A stretch of 64,000 nt of DNA from Myxococcota bacterium. Its GTDB lineage: Bacteria; Myxococcota_A; UBA796; SXON01. Below the pieces are notes generated by a model. That model was given only the letters and a program-made list of their open reading frames with translations, made no database searches and was not told the origin of the DNA. The stretch lies in assembly GCA_040386535.1 (NCBI GenBank), contig JAZKFH010000010.1, positions 1 to 64,000 on the forward strand, in the 5' to 3' direction. A program made the translations under genes and the position numbers. Below are positions 10,038-19,963 of this stretch, piece after piece (the first letter of the stretch is position 1; every line of letters begins with the position of its first letter).

Positions 10038-11615
10038 ATGCCGATCTCCCTGCAGCTCCGGACCACGTGCGAGCGGTGCGAGGATCCATTGCCCCTCAAC
10101 GGCTGGGCCACCGAGATCACTTGCTGGTCGTGCCTGCACGAGAACCCGGTGAGCCCCGAGGAGTGGAGCAACCTGCTGGGGGGCGCGCTGGCCGATGCGT
10201 GGAGCTACGACGTGGGCGCCGGTCTGACCGAGTCGCGGAAGGTGGGCAGCCGCACCTTCGAGCTTCGGTGGGCCAACGCCGGCCGCGCCCGCGGCGCCCG
10301 CCGGAAGCGGCCCAGGGAGATGCGGCGGGACCTGTTTCCCGGCGTCGTGGCCCTCGCGGGGGAGGAGCGGGAGACGCCCGCCCTCGCCGAGACCGTCGCC
10401 TTCACCTGCCCTCAATGCGCCGGCGCGCTCCAGATCGACGGCCGCTCGCGCGAGGTCACCTGCTCGTTCTGCACGGCCACGAGCCTGCTCGGGGACGACG
10501 TGTGGCGCCGGCTCCACCCCGTCCACGCGCAGAAGCGCTGGTTCCTGGTGCTGGAGGACGACGAGGGCGACGCCGACGAGGAGGAGACCGCCTCCAGCGA
10601 GAAGGAGGAAACGAGCCCCCGTTTCGCGGTGGGCGTGCAGGGCGACGTGACCGTCGGCCCCGACGGGCTCCTCTACGCCGCCGGCACGTTCGAGGGCGTA
10701 CGCCCCGCGTTGTGGTGCATGGACGCCGATCTGCGCGTGCGCTGGCGCGTCGACGTGAAGCGCAGCACGCTCGGCCCCGTGCGCGTGGCGGTCGTGGGGG
10801 ACACGATCTGGTACGTGGACGCCCAGCGGCACGATGTCCGTCGGTACGCGCGCGCGGACGGCGCGGCCCTCGGCGCGCTCGGCGGCCCCGAGCCCGTCGG
10901 CGCGAAAACGCACCACCTGGACCTGCGCGGCGCCTGCGAGGTCGTCGGGAACACCGACGGCAGCGTGCTCGCCCTGGTCGTGAACCGGATCGTCCGCTTC
11001 GACAGCAACGGCACGGGGGTGCTGACGTGGCCCGCGCGCACGGGCCTGATGAGCTGGTTCTCCAAGGAGAGCCTCTGGCCGCTCTACAAGGGCCCCCTCC
11101 CCCCGGGCGAGGACGACGACGGCATGTTCGTGTCGCGCCCCCACGCCGAGCTCTCCTCCGACCACCTCGGCGCCGACCGCCCCACCGCGACGATGACCGT
11201 GACCACCCGCGCGGTCGCCTCGTCAACCGGGGACACGTGGCTCTCGACCGGCGCCGTCGTGCACCACTACGGGCGGGACGGCACTCTGCGGTGGTCCACG
11301 CCGCTCGAGGGCTGCTCCGACGGCCTCCCGACCCGCCCCGGGCTCGGCCGCGACGGCCACCTGTTCGTCCTCACCCACGATCGAAAGGGCCGCCCCGTGC
11401 TGTTCCGCCTCGCCCCGGACGGCAAGGCCACCCGGCTCACGCGGGAGGGCCTCGGAAGCCCCATCGCCCTCGCCGCGACGCCCGACGGGCGCGTGCTCCT
11501 GTTCGGCTCGGAGGTGGGCGACGTGCGCACCTTCGATCACGATGGCAAGCCGCTGCGCGCGACCGGGGCGGCGGTCGCGGTGGATCGGGAGGCGGGGGAC
11601 GGGGACGACGAGTGA
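10038..11615 (+). CDS. Hypothetical protein: two zinc ribbons + beta-propeller-like region
   Basis: CERC/CWSC and CPQC/CSFC pairs; repeated PDG/DG beta-turn strands. Confidence 0.65.
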   Translation: MPISLQLRTTCERCEDPLPLNGWATEITCWSCLHENPVSPEEWSNLLGGALADAWSYDVGAGLTESRKVGSRTFELRWANAGRARGARRKRPREMRRDLFPGVVALAGEERETPALAETVAFTCPQCAGALQIDGRSREVTCSFCTATSLLGDDVWRRLHPVHAQKRWFLVLEDDEGDADEEETASSEKEETSPRFAVGVQGDVTVGPDGLLYAAGTFEGVRPALWCMDADLRVRWRVDVKRSTLGPVRVAVVGDTIWYVDAQRHDVRRYARADGAALGALGGPEPVGAKTHHLDLRGACEVVGNTDGSVLALVVNRIVRFDSNGTGVLTWPARTGLMSWFSKESLWPLYKGPLPPGEDDDGMFVSRPHAELSSDHLGADRPTATMTVTTRAVASSTGDTWLSTGAVVHHYGRDGTLRWSTPLEGCSDGLPTRPGLGRDGHLFVLTHDRKGRPVLFRLAPDGKATRLTREGLGSPIALAATPDGRVLLFGSEVGDVRTFDHDGKPLRATGAAVAVDREAGDGDDE

Positions 11616-11641
11616 CCACCCCGCGGCTTAGGAACCTCCTC

Positions 11642-12214
11642 ATGTCCCGTGCACTCCTGCTCCTCGCGCTGCTCGCGCCCGCCGCGTGCGCCCACACCAC
11701 GCCTTCCCCCACTCCTCCCCAGGTGTCGACCATGTCGTCTGTCCCCGCGCTCACCACGATCTCCGGCGCTCCCCTCCCCGACGCCGCGCTCCAGGGCAAG
11801 GTGGTCCTGTTCGTCAACGTCGCGAGCAAGTGCGGATTGACTCCGCAATACGACGGCCTGCAAACGTTGTGGGCGGACCTGAAGGACCAGGGCCTCGTCA
11901 TCGTGGGCGTGCCGTGCAACCAATTCGCCGGCCAGGAGCCGGGCACGAGCACCGAGATCGAGAGCTTCTGCAAGCTGAACTACGGCGTCGACTTTCCCCT
12001 GCTCGCCAAGCAGGACGTGAACGGTGGCGACCGCAGCCCGCTCTACCAATTCCTGGTCGGGAGCCCGGCCGGCGGCGGCGCCGACATCAAGTGGAACTTC
12101 GAGAAGTTCCTCGTCGGCCGCGACGGCGCGGTGAAGCAGCGGTTCGCGCCCACGGTGACGCCCGACGACGCGGGGCTCCGCACCGCCATCGAAGCCGCGC
12201 TGGCGGCCAAGTGA
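11642..12214 (+). CDS. Glutathione peroxidase (Cys-type, BtuE-like), possibly a lipoprotein
   Basis: NVASKCGLTPQY, PCNQF, KWNFEKFL; N-terminal hydrophobic stretch ending in Cys. Confidence 0.92.
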   Translation: MSRALLLLALLAPAACAHTTPSPTPPQVSTMSSVPALTTISGAPLPDAALQGKVVLFVNVASKCGLTPQYDGLQTLWADLKDQGLVIVGVPCNQFAGQEPGTSTEIESFCKLNYGVDFPLLAKQDVNGGDRSPLYQFLVGSPAGGGADIKWNFEKFLVGRDGAVKQRFAPTVTPDDAGLRTAIEAALAAK

Positions 12215-12723
12215 GGCGCCTCCTCCTCGGTGGGGCGCTCGCCCTCATGCTCGCGGGGCCCGCGTCCGCGCAGGATCCCGTGCCCGCGGCCGTGACGCTG
12301 GACGGCAACCGCCTGGTGCTCCCCGGTGCGATCAGCTTCGCGACCGCCACCGCCACGATCACCCCGGAGAGCGAGAGCGCCCTGGCGGCCGCCGTGGCGT
12401 GGCTCCAGGCGAAGACGGTCATCACCACGGTGCGTGTCGAGGGCCACAGCGACTCCGACGGCGATCCCTTCGCCACCCAGGCGCTCACGGAGGCGCGCGC
12501 GATGGCGGTCGCCCGGGCGCTGGTGGCCCGGGGTGTCGACTGCAAGCGGATCCTGGCGGTGGGCTTCGGCGGAAACAAGCCGGTGGCCGACAACGCCACG
12601 GCCGAGGGCAAGGCCCAGAACCGCCGCGTCGAGCTGCACAGCGCCGCCATGCGCGACCGCCCGATCGGCGGGATGCCGCTGGACGGCGGGGGGAAGTCGG
12701 CCGGGGACGTCTGCGCCAGGTAG
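12211..12723 (+). CDS. OmpA-like peptidoglycan-binding protein
   Basis: VEGHSD, RA.AV..L, NRRVE; signal peptide; GTGA overlap with previous stop. Confidence 0.88.
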   Translation: MRRLLLGGALALMLAGPASAQDPVPAAVTLDGNRLVLPGAISFATATATITPESESALAAAVAWLQAKTVITTVRVEGHSDSDGDPFATQALTEARAMAVARALVARGVDCKRILAVGFGGNKPVADNATAEGKAQNRRVELHSAAMRDRPIGGMPLDGGGKSAGDVCAR

Positions 12724-12729
12724 CGCGCG

Positions 12730-12782
12730 CTCCCCCGAGAACCAGGTGCCTCGGGGGGCGTTGCGGGGGGCTCGCCCCCCGC
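12730..12782. terminator. Two tandem GC hairpins between convergent genes
   Basis: CCCCCGAG..CTCGGGGG and GCGGGGGG-CTCG-CCCCCCGC. Confidence 0.5.
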
Positions 12783-12792
12783 CCCAAGCGCC

Positions 12793-14916
12793 TCAGACGT
12801 CGATGCCGCGCGCCCGCCCGATCGTGGGATCGGGATCACGGAGACGGGCATCGGCCACCGGATCGGCCGCCGCGAGCGCGCCCTTCGTGCCACCGTTCTG
12901 ACCGCTCCCGAGGAGCTGCGTGAGGCCGCGCGTCGAGCCGTAGTAGTTGCTCGCGTCGTGATCGGCGTCGGTGATGCAGCCGCGCACCACGCTGCGCGAG
13001 ATGTCGGGGAAGTTGAGCGCGCTCAGCGCCTGCGACCACAAGGCGTCGATGTAGTTCTGGTCGGACGGGAACTCGAGGAGGCCCGCCAGCGTGAGCAGGA
13101 TCATGCCACGACGGCCCTCGACCGTCGCCAACGCGCCGGTGCTCGGGAGGTGGCCCGCGTCCACGGCGGCCCAGAACGCGTCCGCCGCGACGAGCAGGCG
13201 CTTGAGCTCCATGCCGGCGTGCGCCAACCAACTGTGGAACATGACATCGCAAGCGAGGCCCGCCTGGGTGGCGGGGGCGAGGGTGTAACGACACAACGAC
13301 GGCTGGCGGCCGGGATCGCCGAGATGGATGCGCGACGGGAGGTCGGCGGGCGGCTCGTGGTGGCTGTAGAAGCCGGCGGATTGGTAGGTGTAGAAGAGCT
13401 CGGCGCGGCCCGGCAGCCCGTCCCACAGGTTGGAGTACTGGGTGACACGGTTCAGGCTCCCCGCCGCCCAATTCAGGCCGCGCGCGGCGTCCCCCGCGAT
13501 CTGGGAGGCCGCCACACGCGGATCCCGCGGGATCATCGACGCGCGGACGTCCTCCGCGATCTCGTGCAGGTCAAGATCGAGGAACCCATCGTACAGATCC
13601 GCCTTGCCGTCGTGGTTCAGGTCGGTGTAGCGCGCCACGACCATCGGGTGGCTCGGGCCGACGAACTGCACGAACTCGGGCAGGCTCTGCTGCTCGTGGT
13701 ACCACTGGGCCTTCTTGGCGCGCCGCGCGAGCGAGGGGTGGTCCTCCCCCGCGGACATGCCCTGCAGGATGGCCACGAAACAATCCACGGCCTCCGAGGC
13801 GGACACCTTCCCGCCCGAGGTGCGGAAGTAGGTCGAGTCCCACGAGGAGTAGATGTCGGCGTCCGGAAAGAGGCGCGCGATGGCGAAGCGCGTCGTGAGG
13901 CCGGCGCATTGGCCGTTGATCATCAGCTTGTAGCCGCGCTGGACCACCTGGGTGAGCGAGGCGCGCATGTCGAACGAGCCGAGCTGGGCGTGCCGGTTCA
14001 CGAGCACCCCCACGAACGCCTCGACGCCCATCTCCTCGTTCTCGTCCGACGGGCTGGCCGAGCGCGCCCACACCTGGATCGCCTCCCCCGCGGGGGTGCG
14101 GAACGGCGCCTCGAGCACGGTGTAGCGGCGCCGCGGCATGCCCTCCACCAGCGGCGCGCTCACCACCTCGGTGAAGCCGTGGCGCCCGGTGAGCACCTCA
14201 CATTCGCCCTCGTGAAAATCGTACGCGGAGCACATCGCGAAGCGCCACGTGCCTTCGAGCTCGGCGTACGGCGGCGCGGCGCGCACGAGCCCGCGCAGCA
14301 GCGTGGCGGCGCGCACCTTGTCGGCGGCGCCGAGGTGGGGGCCGCGGAGCTGCAACAGCTGGATGGCGTGGGCGGCGAGCGCGGGGCGCGCGGTCTCGCC
14401 GGTCTCGCGGTCGACCAGCTCGAAGATCCAGCTGGCCGCGACGTCCGCGTGGGGGCGGTACGCGCGATCGCGCCCCACCGTCGCGATGATGTGCGCGAGG
14501 ATGGTGATGCAGGCCGAGCGGAGCTGGGCCACACCGTTCGGGTCGGCCACCGCCGCGGGGCCGCCCACCGCGGCGGCGTCGAGCGCCACGCGTACCTGCC
14601 GCAGCAGGCCCCTCGCCTGGCCCTCGTCGAGCCGCTCGGTGCGCACGGGCTCGTCGGGGTGGAACACGCTGATGGGGAACAGCCGCTCGAACGTGAGCAG
14701 GCGGCGCGTGGAGATCCAGCGCGCGGCGCGCACCAGCGCGGTGGTGGCGGCGATGCCCTCGGGCGCGAGGCCGTCCGGATGGTCCCGGAACATGCCGTCC
14801 GCGCCGATCCAGAGGGGAGGCGCACCACGACGGCCGGCGGTGAGATCGAGCAGGTTCGAGGACGGGGACTGTGCGGCAGGGGTGGGGTCGGGCATCGGCG
14901 CTCCAAGGGCGCGCAC
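12793..14916 (-). CDS. Large hypothetical protein (~700 aa)
   Basis: Long ORF with natural amino-acid composition; EF-hand-like DLNHDGKAD; family not recognised; start may be 14895. Confidence 0.7.
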   Translation of the reverse strand: MRALGAPMPDPTPAAQSPSSNLLDLTAGRRGAPPLWIGADGMFRDHPDGLAPEGIAATTALVRAARWISTRRLLTFERLFPISVFHPDEPVRTERLDEGQARGLLRQVRVALDAAAVGGPAAVADPNGVAQLRSACITILAHIIATVGRDRAYRPHADVAASWIFELVDRETGETARPALAAHAIQLLQLRGPHLGAADKVRAATLLRGLVRAAPPYAELEGTWRFAMCSAYDFHEGECEVLTGRHGFTEVVSAPLVEGMPRRRYTVLEAPFRTPAGEAIQVWARSASPSDENEEMGVEAFVGVLVNRHAQLGSFDMRASLTQVVQRGYKLMINGQCAGLTTRFAIARLFPDADIYSSWDSTYFRTSGGKVSASEAVDCFVAILQGMSAGEDHPSLARRAKKAQWYHEQQSLPEFVQFVGPSHPMVVARYTDLNHDGKADLYDGFLDLDLHEIAEDVRASMIPRDPRVAASQIAGDAARGLNWAAGSLNRVTQYSNLWDGLPGRAELFYTYQSAGFYSHHEPPADLPSRIHLGDPGRQPSLCRYTLAPATQAGLACDVMFHSWLAHAGMELKRLLVAADAFWAAVDAGHLPSTGALATVEGRRGMILLTLAGLLEFPSDQNYIDALWSQALSALNFPDISRSVVRGCITDADHDASNYYGSTRGLTQLLGSGQNGGTKGALAAADPVADARLRDPDPTIGRARGIDV

Positions 14917-15008
14917 ACGCTACCGCCAACACCGGCGGGACGCAAGCGCCCCCACGCACCGTTTGTGGGGGTTGTTCGTGCGCCTTCGTCTAGGGAGCCC
15001 CGCTCCGC

Positions 15009-16010
15009 TTAGCGCGCGGCTTGCGCCTTGCGCGCGGCCTTGCGGGCGGCCCGCCCCTTCACCGGCTGCTCGACCGTGTACGCGAGCACGAGGGGCTCGC
15101 CCTTGCGCGTGATGCGCACGAACAGCTCGGGCTCCTTGCGCAGCGCGAAGTACGCGAGGATGGCCTGGGGCACGCCGTGGATGGTGCGCCCGTTGATGTC
15201 GTGCACGATGTCGCCGCTGCGGAGCCCGCCCTCGCGGAGCACGCTGCACCGCGAGAGGCGCACGCTGAAGCCGTCGGGCTCCTTCGTGAGCTTGTCGCGA
15301 TGGCGGTACACGACGCCGAGCTTCTGGAGCTCCGCCATGTTCGTGGCGTAGTACTCGATGAGATCGCGGTCGATGTACCAGCCGCCCTCGGCCACACGGG
15401 TGATCTTCGTGGTGGGCTCGGGGCACGGCGCGTGGCGCGCGTGGCGCTCGGTGCGGGGCCGGGCCCGCTTCATGGAGCGCACCGGCCGGCGGGTGGGCGC
15501 GGCCTCCACGACCTCGTCGTCCTCGAGGTCGGCGACGGGGGTGCCCTCGGTCATCTCGCCGCCGTCCATCGCGGCGAGCGCGTCGCGGTCCGCCTCGGTG
15601 AGGGCGAGCTCGACCGGCGGCTCGACCGGCGGCAACGGCTCGGGGATGGGCTCCTCGGCGGGCACCGCCACGGCGACCTCGGCGGGGAGCGGGAGCGCGA
15701 CCGGCACGGGCACGTCGACCACGGGCGCGGGGGTGGGCGCCACGCGCGCCGGGGGCTCGACGTGGGCGCGCGCCACGGGCACGGGCACGGGCTCGACGTA
15801 GAGCGACACGTTGAAGGGCGTGTCGTAGCGGGGCACGACGGCGCTCTCGTCGTCACCCTCCTCTTCGTCCTCGGACATGTCGAGGTCGGCCTGGTTCTCG
15901 AACTCCGGCACCGCGCCGCCCTGGCGCCACGCCAGCAAGCCCGGGGCCAGCACGGCGAGGTGGAGGGCGGTGCTCGTCACCAGCAAGGCGATCAGGCGGG
16001 AGGGGCGCAC
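15009..16010 (-). CDS. Membrane-anchored Pro-rich protein with C-terminal GspC-like PDZ domain
   Basis: N-terminal TM, Pro/Glu linker, GLRSGDIVHDING, V.ITRKGEP. Confidence 0.7.
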   Translation of the reverse strand: MRPSRLIALLVTSTALHLAVLAPGLLAWRQGGAVPEFENQADLDMSEDEEEGDDESAVVPRYDTPFNVSLYVEPVPVPVARAHVEPPARVAPTPAPVVDVPVPVALPLPAEVAVAVPAEEPIPEPLPPVEPPVELALTEADRDALAAMDGGEMTEGTPVADLEDDEVVEAAPTRRPVRSMKRARPRTERHARHAPCPEPTTKITRVAEGGWYIDRDLIEYYATNMAELQKLGVVYRHRDKLTKEPDGFSVRLSRCSVLREGGLRSGDIVHDINGRTIHGVPQAILAYFALRKEPELFVRITRKGEPLVLAYTVEQPVKGRAARKAARKAQAAR

Positions 16011-16117
16011 GTCGGTCCTCGTTATCCGGTAGACGCGCGGCCCGCGCGGGCCATTCGAAGCGCGGGGCACGCGGCGCCGGGCGGATCCCAGCGTGGGGCG
16101 CCGCCCAAGCCGTCTCT

Positions 16118-17047
16118 TCAGCCGCCGACCAGCTCGCGGAGCGCCTCGGGCCCGGGAACGACGGCTTGCCACCAGATGGGCGCCCGCATGGCGCGGGCCC
16201 ACGCGGCGAGGCCGCGCCCGAAGGACGAGGGCGACGGATCGGCCCACGCCACCGCCACGGCGCCGCCGAGCGCGAGGAGCGCGACGCCGGGCACGAACGG
16301 AAAGCTCGAGCACAGGCGGAGGGCGACCATTCGCGCGGCTACCTCGACCGCCCAGGCGTCCTGTTCGGGCGCGAGGGCGGGCCACGGCGGCGGCGCGGCG
16401 GGATCGAGGCGCGCGAGCGAGGCCATCATCGGCGCGAGGCCGACGCGAACGGCGTCTCCGGTCTCGGGGCGCGCGAGCAGGGCGCCGAGGTCGGCGGCCT
16501 GGAGGCGCCGGATCCACCGCCCCGCGTAGCCGAGCGGCAGGTCGGCGCGCGAGGGGTCGGGTGCGCCGAGGAGGGCCCCCAGCGCGCCGGCGACGGTGAC
16601 GCCCGGGGCCCCGAGGATCGCGCCCACCTGGGCCTCCTGGCGGGTGGCCGACGGATCGAGCGGGACGTGGTGGCCCAGCACGCCGTCGAGCGGCGGCGGC
16701 GGCGCCGCCCGCGTGGCCCAGGCGGAGTAGCAGCCGGGATCGATGCCGACGCGGCGCTCCGTGCCGGTGTCGAGGAGCACCAGCGGGTACTGGCGACAGA
16801 TGGCGGGCTTGGACGCGCCGCCGAAGCGGGCGTGCAGGCGGCACCCGGCGCTGTCCAGGAAGACGCAGCGTCCGTCGATGAAGCGCAGCCGCCCGTCCAC
16901 GACCGGGGTGTCCACGCCGAGCTCGGCGCCGAGCGTCGCTACGCGCCTGGACTCCTCCTCCGACACGAGGCGGACGCGCACCCCCATGCAGCTCCCGCCG
17001 CAGCCGGTGCAGGTGTGACCGAGGAGACCGACGGGACGCGCGCTCAT
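16118..17047 (-). CDS. YkgJ/FliB-like cysteine-cluster protein
   Basis: CTGCGGSC..CVFLD..CRLH..KPAICRQYP. Confidence 0.8.
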   Translation of the reverse strand: MSARPVGLLGHTCTGCGGSCMGVRVRLVSEEESRRVATLGAELGVDTPVVDGRLRFIDGRCVFLDSAGCRLHARFGGASKPAICRQYPLVLLDTGTERRVGIDPGCYSAWATRAAPPPPLDGVLGHHVPLDPSATRQEAQVGAILGAPGVTVAGALGALLGAPDPSRADLPLGYAGRWIRRLQAADLGALLARPETGDAVRVGLAPMMASLARLDPAAPPPWPALAPEQDAWAVEVAARMVALRLCSSFPFVPGVALLALGGAVAVAWADPSPSSFGRGLAAWARAMRAPIWWQAVVPGPEALRELVGG

Positions 17048-17085
17048 CGCGCCCGTATAGCGCCCCGACGGTTAGACGCGCGGCC

Positions 17086-17493
17086 ATGACGACGCACATC
17101 CATCCGGTCCAGGTCTACTACGAGGACACCGACTTCTCGGGCGTCGTGTACCACGCGAACTACCTCAAGTACTACGAGCGCGCGCGGGAGCACCTCCTCG
17201 GGGTCGACGCGCTGGTGCGGTTGTACCGGGACACGGGCATCGGCTTCGTCGTCTACAAGTGCGAGATGACGTTCCGCGAGGGCGCCGTGTTCGGCGACAG
17301 CCTCGAGATCCGCACGACGGTGCGCGCGGAGAGCGACTACCGCGCGGTGTTCAACCAGCAGGTGTGGCGCGTGGGCGGCAAGACGGCCCTGGTGGAGGGG
17401 CTGGTGCAGCTGGTCTGCGTGAACCGGGACAAGCAACTGGTGCCGCTCCCGGTCGACGTGATGCGGGCGCTCCAAGGGGCCGCCGCGCCGTGA
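17086..17493 (+). CDS. YbgC-like acyl-CoA thioesterase
   Basis: VYYEDTDFSGVVYHANYLKYYERAR. Confidence 0.92.
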   Translation: MTTHIHPVQVYYEDTDFSGVVYHANYLKYYERAREHLLGVDALVRLYRDTGIGFVVYKCEMTFREGAVFGDSLEIRTTVRAESDYRAVFNQQVWRVGGKTALVEGLVQLVCVNRDKQLVPLPVDVMRALQGAAAP

Positions 17494-17591
17494 TCCGGTC
17501 GCCGCGCTCCCGCCTGCGCGCCGGAAACTCGCGTGGTTCTCCCTCGCTGGCACCCTTCTTGCTTTCCCCGTCCTCGACCCTTGGAGTTCCC

Positions 17592-18326
17592 ATGTACCTC
17601 TCCCGCCTCGTCCTCCTCGCCGCCCTCCCCCTCACCCTCCTCGGCTGCCCGGCCAACACCGACGCCCCCGCCAAGGACGACACGGGCGAGGAGACGGACA
17701 CCGATACGGACACCGATACCGATACGGATACGGACACCGATACGGATACCGACACGGACACCGACACCGACACGGACACTGACTCCGATACGGACACGGA
17801 CTCCGATACGGACACGGACGACACCGACATCGACACGGGCGACACCGACCCGGACACCGACATCGACACGGGCGACACCGATATCGACCCCGACACGGGC
17901 GACACCGACCCCGACATCGACACGGGCGACACCGACGTGGACACCGATCCCTCGGTGTGCAACGAGGACGACTTCACCTTCACCGCCGAGATCCAGGACG
18001 GCGCGGGCGTGGTCGGCACCACGTTCACCGCTTCGGACGACCTGTTCATGGTGGGCGTCGTCCACAACCCCTGCGACACCGACCTCTCGTTCGAGACCCG
18101 GACGACGTGCCTCGTCGTGAGCGCAGACGTGTCCGACAGCTCGGGCATGGGCATGGGCGTCAGCGTTGCGTGCGGGGACGCGGTGACGACGTGGACCGTG
18201 CCCGCGGGCGGCAGTGTGCGCGACGCGCTGGGCTGGGGCCGCCTCTCCCCCGAGAGCTACACCGCCACCGTCGGCTTCGACTACGCGCGGGCCCGGGCGT
18301 CCACGCGGTTCACCGTCACCCGATAA
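17592..18326 (+). CDS. Lipoprotein with Asp-Thr repeat stalk and C-terminal Ig-like domain
   Basis: LLGC lipobox; (DT)n then DTGDTD repeats; beta-rich C-terminus. Confidence 0.75.
   Translation: MYLSRLVLLAALPLTLLGCPANTDAPAKDDTGEETDTDTDTDTDTDTDTDTDTDTDTDTDTDTDSDTDTDSDTDTDDTDIDTGDTDPDTDIDTGDTDIDPDTGDTDPDIDTGDTDVDTDPSVCNEDDFTFTAEIQDGAGVVGTTFTASDDLFMVGVVHNPCDTDLSFETRTTCLVVSADVSDSSGMGMGVSVACGDAVTTWTVPAGGSVRDALGWGRLSPESYTATVGFDYARARASTRFTVTR
17694..17948 (+). repeat. Coding hexamer repeat GAY-ACN (Asp-Thr) plus longer DIDTGDTD units
   Basis: Visible tandem repeats with variable third codon positions. Confidence 0.95.
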
Positions 18327-18396
18327 GCAGCTCATCCCCGTACCGGCGGGGAATCACCCGACGCGACGCGCCTTCTATGTGCACGGGGGGCGCGTC

Positions 18397-19197
18397 ATGG
18401 GGCGTCAGACGGATCGGCTGCACGATCGGCTCGCGATCGCGCCCAACAACGTCGCGGTCTACGAGCGGGCGCTGCGCGCGCTGACCGAGGGGAACGTGCC
18501 CTTCCTGGTCGGGGGCGCCTGGGGCATGGCCGAGCTGGCCGGCGTGTGGCGACACACCAAGGATCTCGACCTGTTCGTGCGTCCGGAGCAGGTCGACCAT
18601 GTCCTCGACACGTTGGCCGAGGCCGGCTTCCGTACCGAGGTGCTCAACCCCGTGTGGCTGGGTAAGGCCTGGTACGACGACCTGTTCATCGACATCATCT
18701 TCAGCTCGGGCAACGGCATCGCCACGGTGGACGACCGTTGGTTCCTGCACTCCCTGCCCGGCACCGTGCTGGATGTGCCCGTGTCCTTCTGCCCGTCCGA
18801 GGAGACGATCTGGTCGAAGGCGTGGATCATGGAGCGCGAGCGGTTCGACGGCGCCGACGTGGCCCACCTGCTCCGCGCGACCGGCCCGCGGATGGATTGG
18901 CACCGCCTGCTGGAGCGTTTCGGCGAGCACTGGCGCGTGTTGTACGGGCACCTCGTGCTGTTCGGGTACATCTACCCGAGCGAGCGGCGCCGGATCCCGG
19001 CGTGGGTGATGCTGGAGCTGACGCAACGAATGCAACGTGAGCTCGGGGCCGAGCCCCCGTTGGATCGGCACTGCCTTGGCCCGCTGCTCAGCAACCAGCA
19101 GTATCAGCCCGACCTGGAGCGTTGGGGGTACACCGTGCCTGCCAACGTGACCGACGCGACGAACAAGGGAACCGATGCGTCTCGCCGCGGCCGGTGA
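18397..19197 (+). CDS. Pol-beta superfamily nucleotidyltransferase
   Basis: LVGGAWG..RHTKDLDLFV (GG + DxD), later DIIF. Confidence 0.85.
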   Translation: MGRQTDRLHDRLAIAPNNVAVYERALRALTEGNVPFLVGGAWGMAELAGVWRHTKDLDLFVRPEQVDHVLDTLAEAGFRTEVLNPVWLGKAWYDDLFIDIIFSSGNGIATVDDRWFLHSLPGTVLDVPVSFCPSEETIWSKAWIMERERFDGADVAHLLRATGPRMDWHRLLERFGEHWRVLYGHLVLFGYIYPSERRRIPAWVMLELTQRMQRELGAEPPLDRHCLGPLLSNQQYQPDLERWGYTVPANVTDATNKGTDASRRGR

Positions 19198-19906
19198 TCT
19201 CCACTACACCGTGAACAGCCGGGGCGCCTTGCGTAGGCAGTTCGCCGATATCGGCGCGCGGGCCGACGTGTTGCTGCTGTGTGGTGACTTGACCGATCAC
19301 GGCCTGCCCGAGGAGGCCGAGGCGCTCGCGGACGACCTGCAGACCTTGTCCGTGCCGGTGGTCGCGGTGCTCGGCAACCACGACTTCGAGGGCGGCCGCG
19401 TGGACATCGTGGTGGAGGCGCTCCGCGCGAAGGGGGTGCGGGTGCTGGACGGGGAGAGTTGTGTCGTCGGAGGCGTGGGTTTTGTCGGGGTCAAGGGCTT
19501 CGGCGGCGGGTTCGGGAAGCGCGCGTTGGGGCCGTGGGGAGAGGACGCGATCAAGCTGTTCGTGCAGGAGGCGGTGGACGAGGCCATGAAGCTCGAGCGC
19601 GCGTTGGCGCGGCTCAGGACGGACCCCAAGGTGGTGCTGCTGCACTACGCGCCCATCCAGGAGACGGTGGAGGGCGAGGCGCCGCAGATCTGGCCCTTCC
19701 TCGGATCGAGCCGGCTCGAGGAGCCGATCGATCGCTACGGCGCGGTCGTGGCGTTCCATGGGCATTGTCATCACGGCACGGTCGAGGGCCACACGCGCAG
19801 CGGCACGCCGGTCTACAACGTGGCGATGCCGCTCCTCCGCGCGACCTTTCCCGGCCAGGCCCCGTTCCGGCTCGTCGAGATCGCGGACGAAAAACTGTCG
19901 AGCTGA
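19175..19906 (+). CDS. Calcineurin-like metallophosphoesterase
   Basis: GDLH, GDLTD, GNHD, LHY, HGH.H; overlaps the NTase gene. Confidence 0.92.
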   Translation: MRLAAAGDLHYTVNSRGALRRQFADIGARADVLLLCGDLTDHGLPEEAEALADDLQTLSVPVVAVLGNHDFEGGRVDIVVEALRAKGVRVLDGESCVVGGVGFVGVKGFGGGFGKRALGPWGEDAIKLFVQEAVDEAMKLERALARLRTDPKVVLLHYAPIQETVEGEAPQIWPFLGSSRLEEPIDRYGAVVAFHGHCHHGTVEGHTRSGTPVYNVAMPLLRATFPGQAPFRLVEIADEKLSS

Positions 19907-19963
19907 GAGCTGGACGATCCTGAATCTCGGCCTATCTCTGGGGGGCCCCTCGGAGGTCACCCC

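Noticed and set aside
11642..12214. Selenocysteine glutathione peroxidase
   Set aside because: Active-site codon is TGC (Cys)
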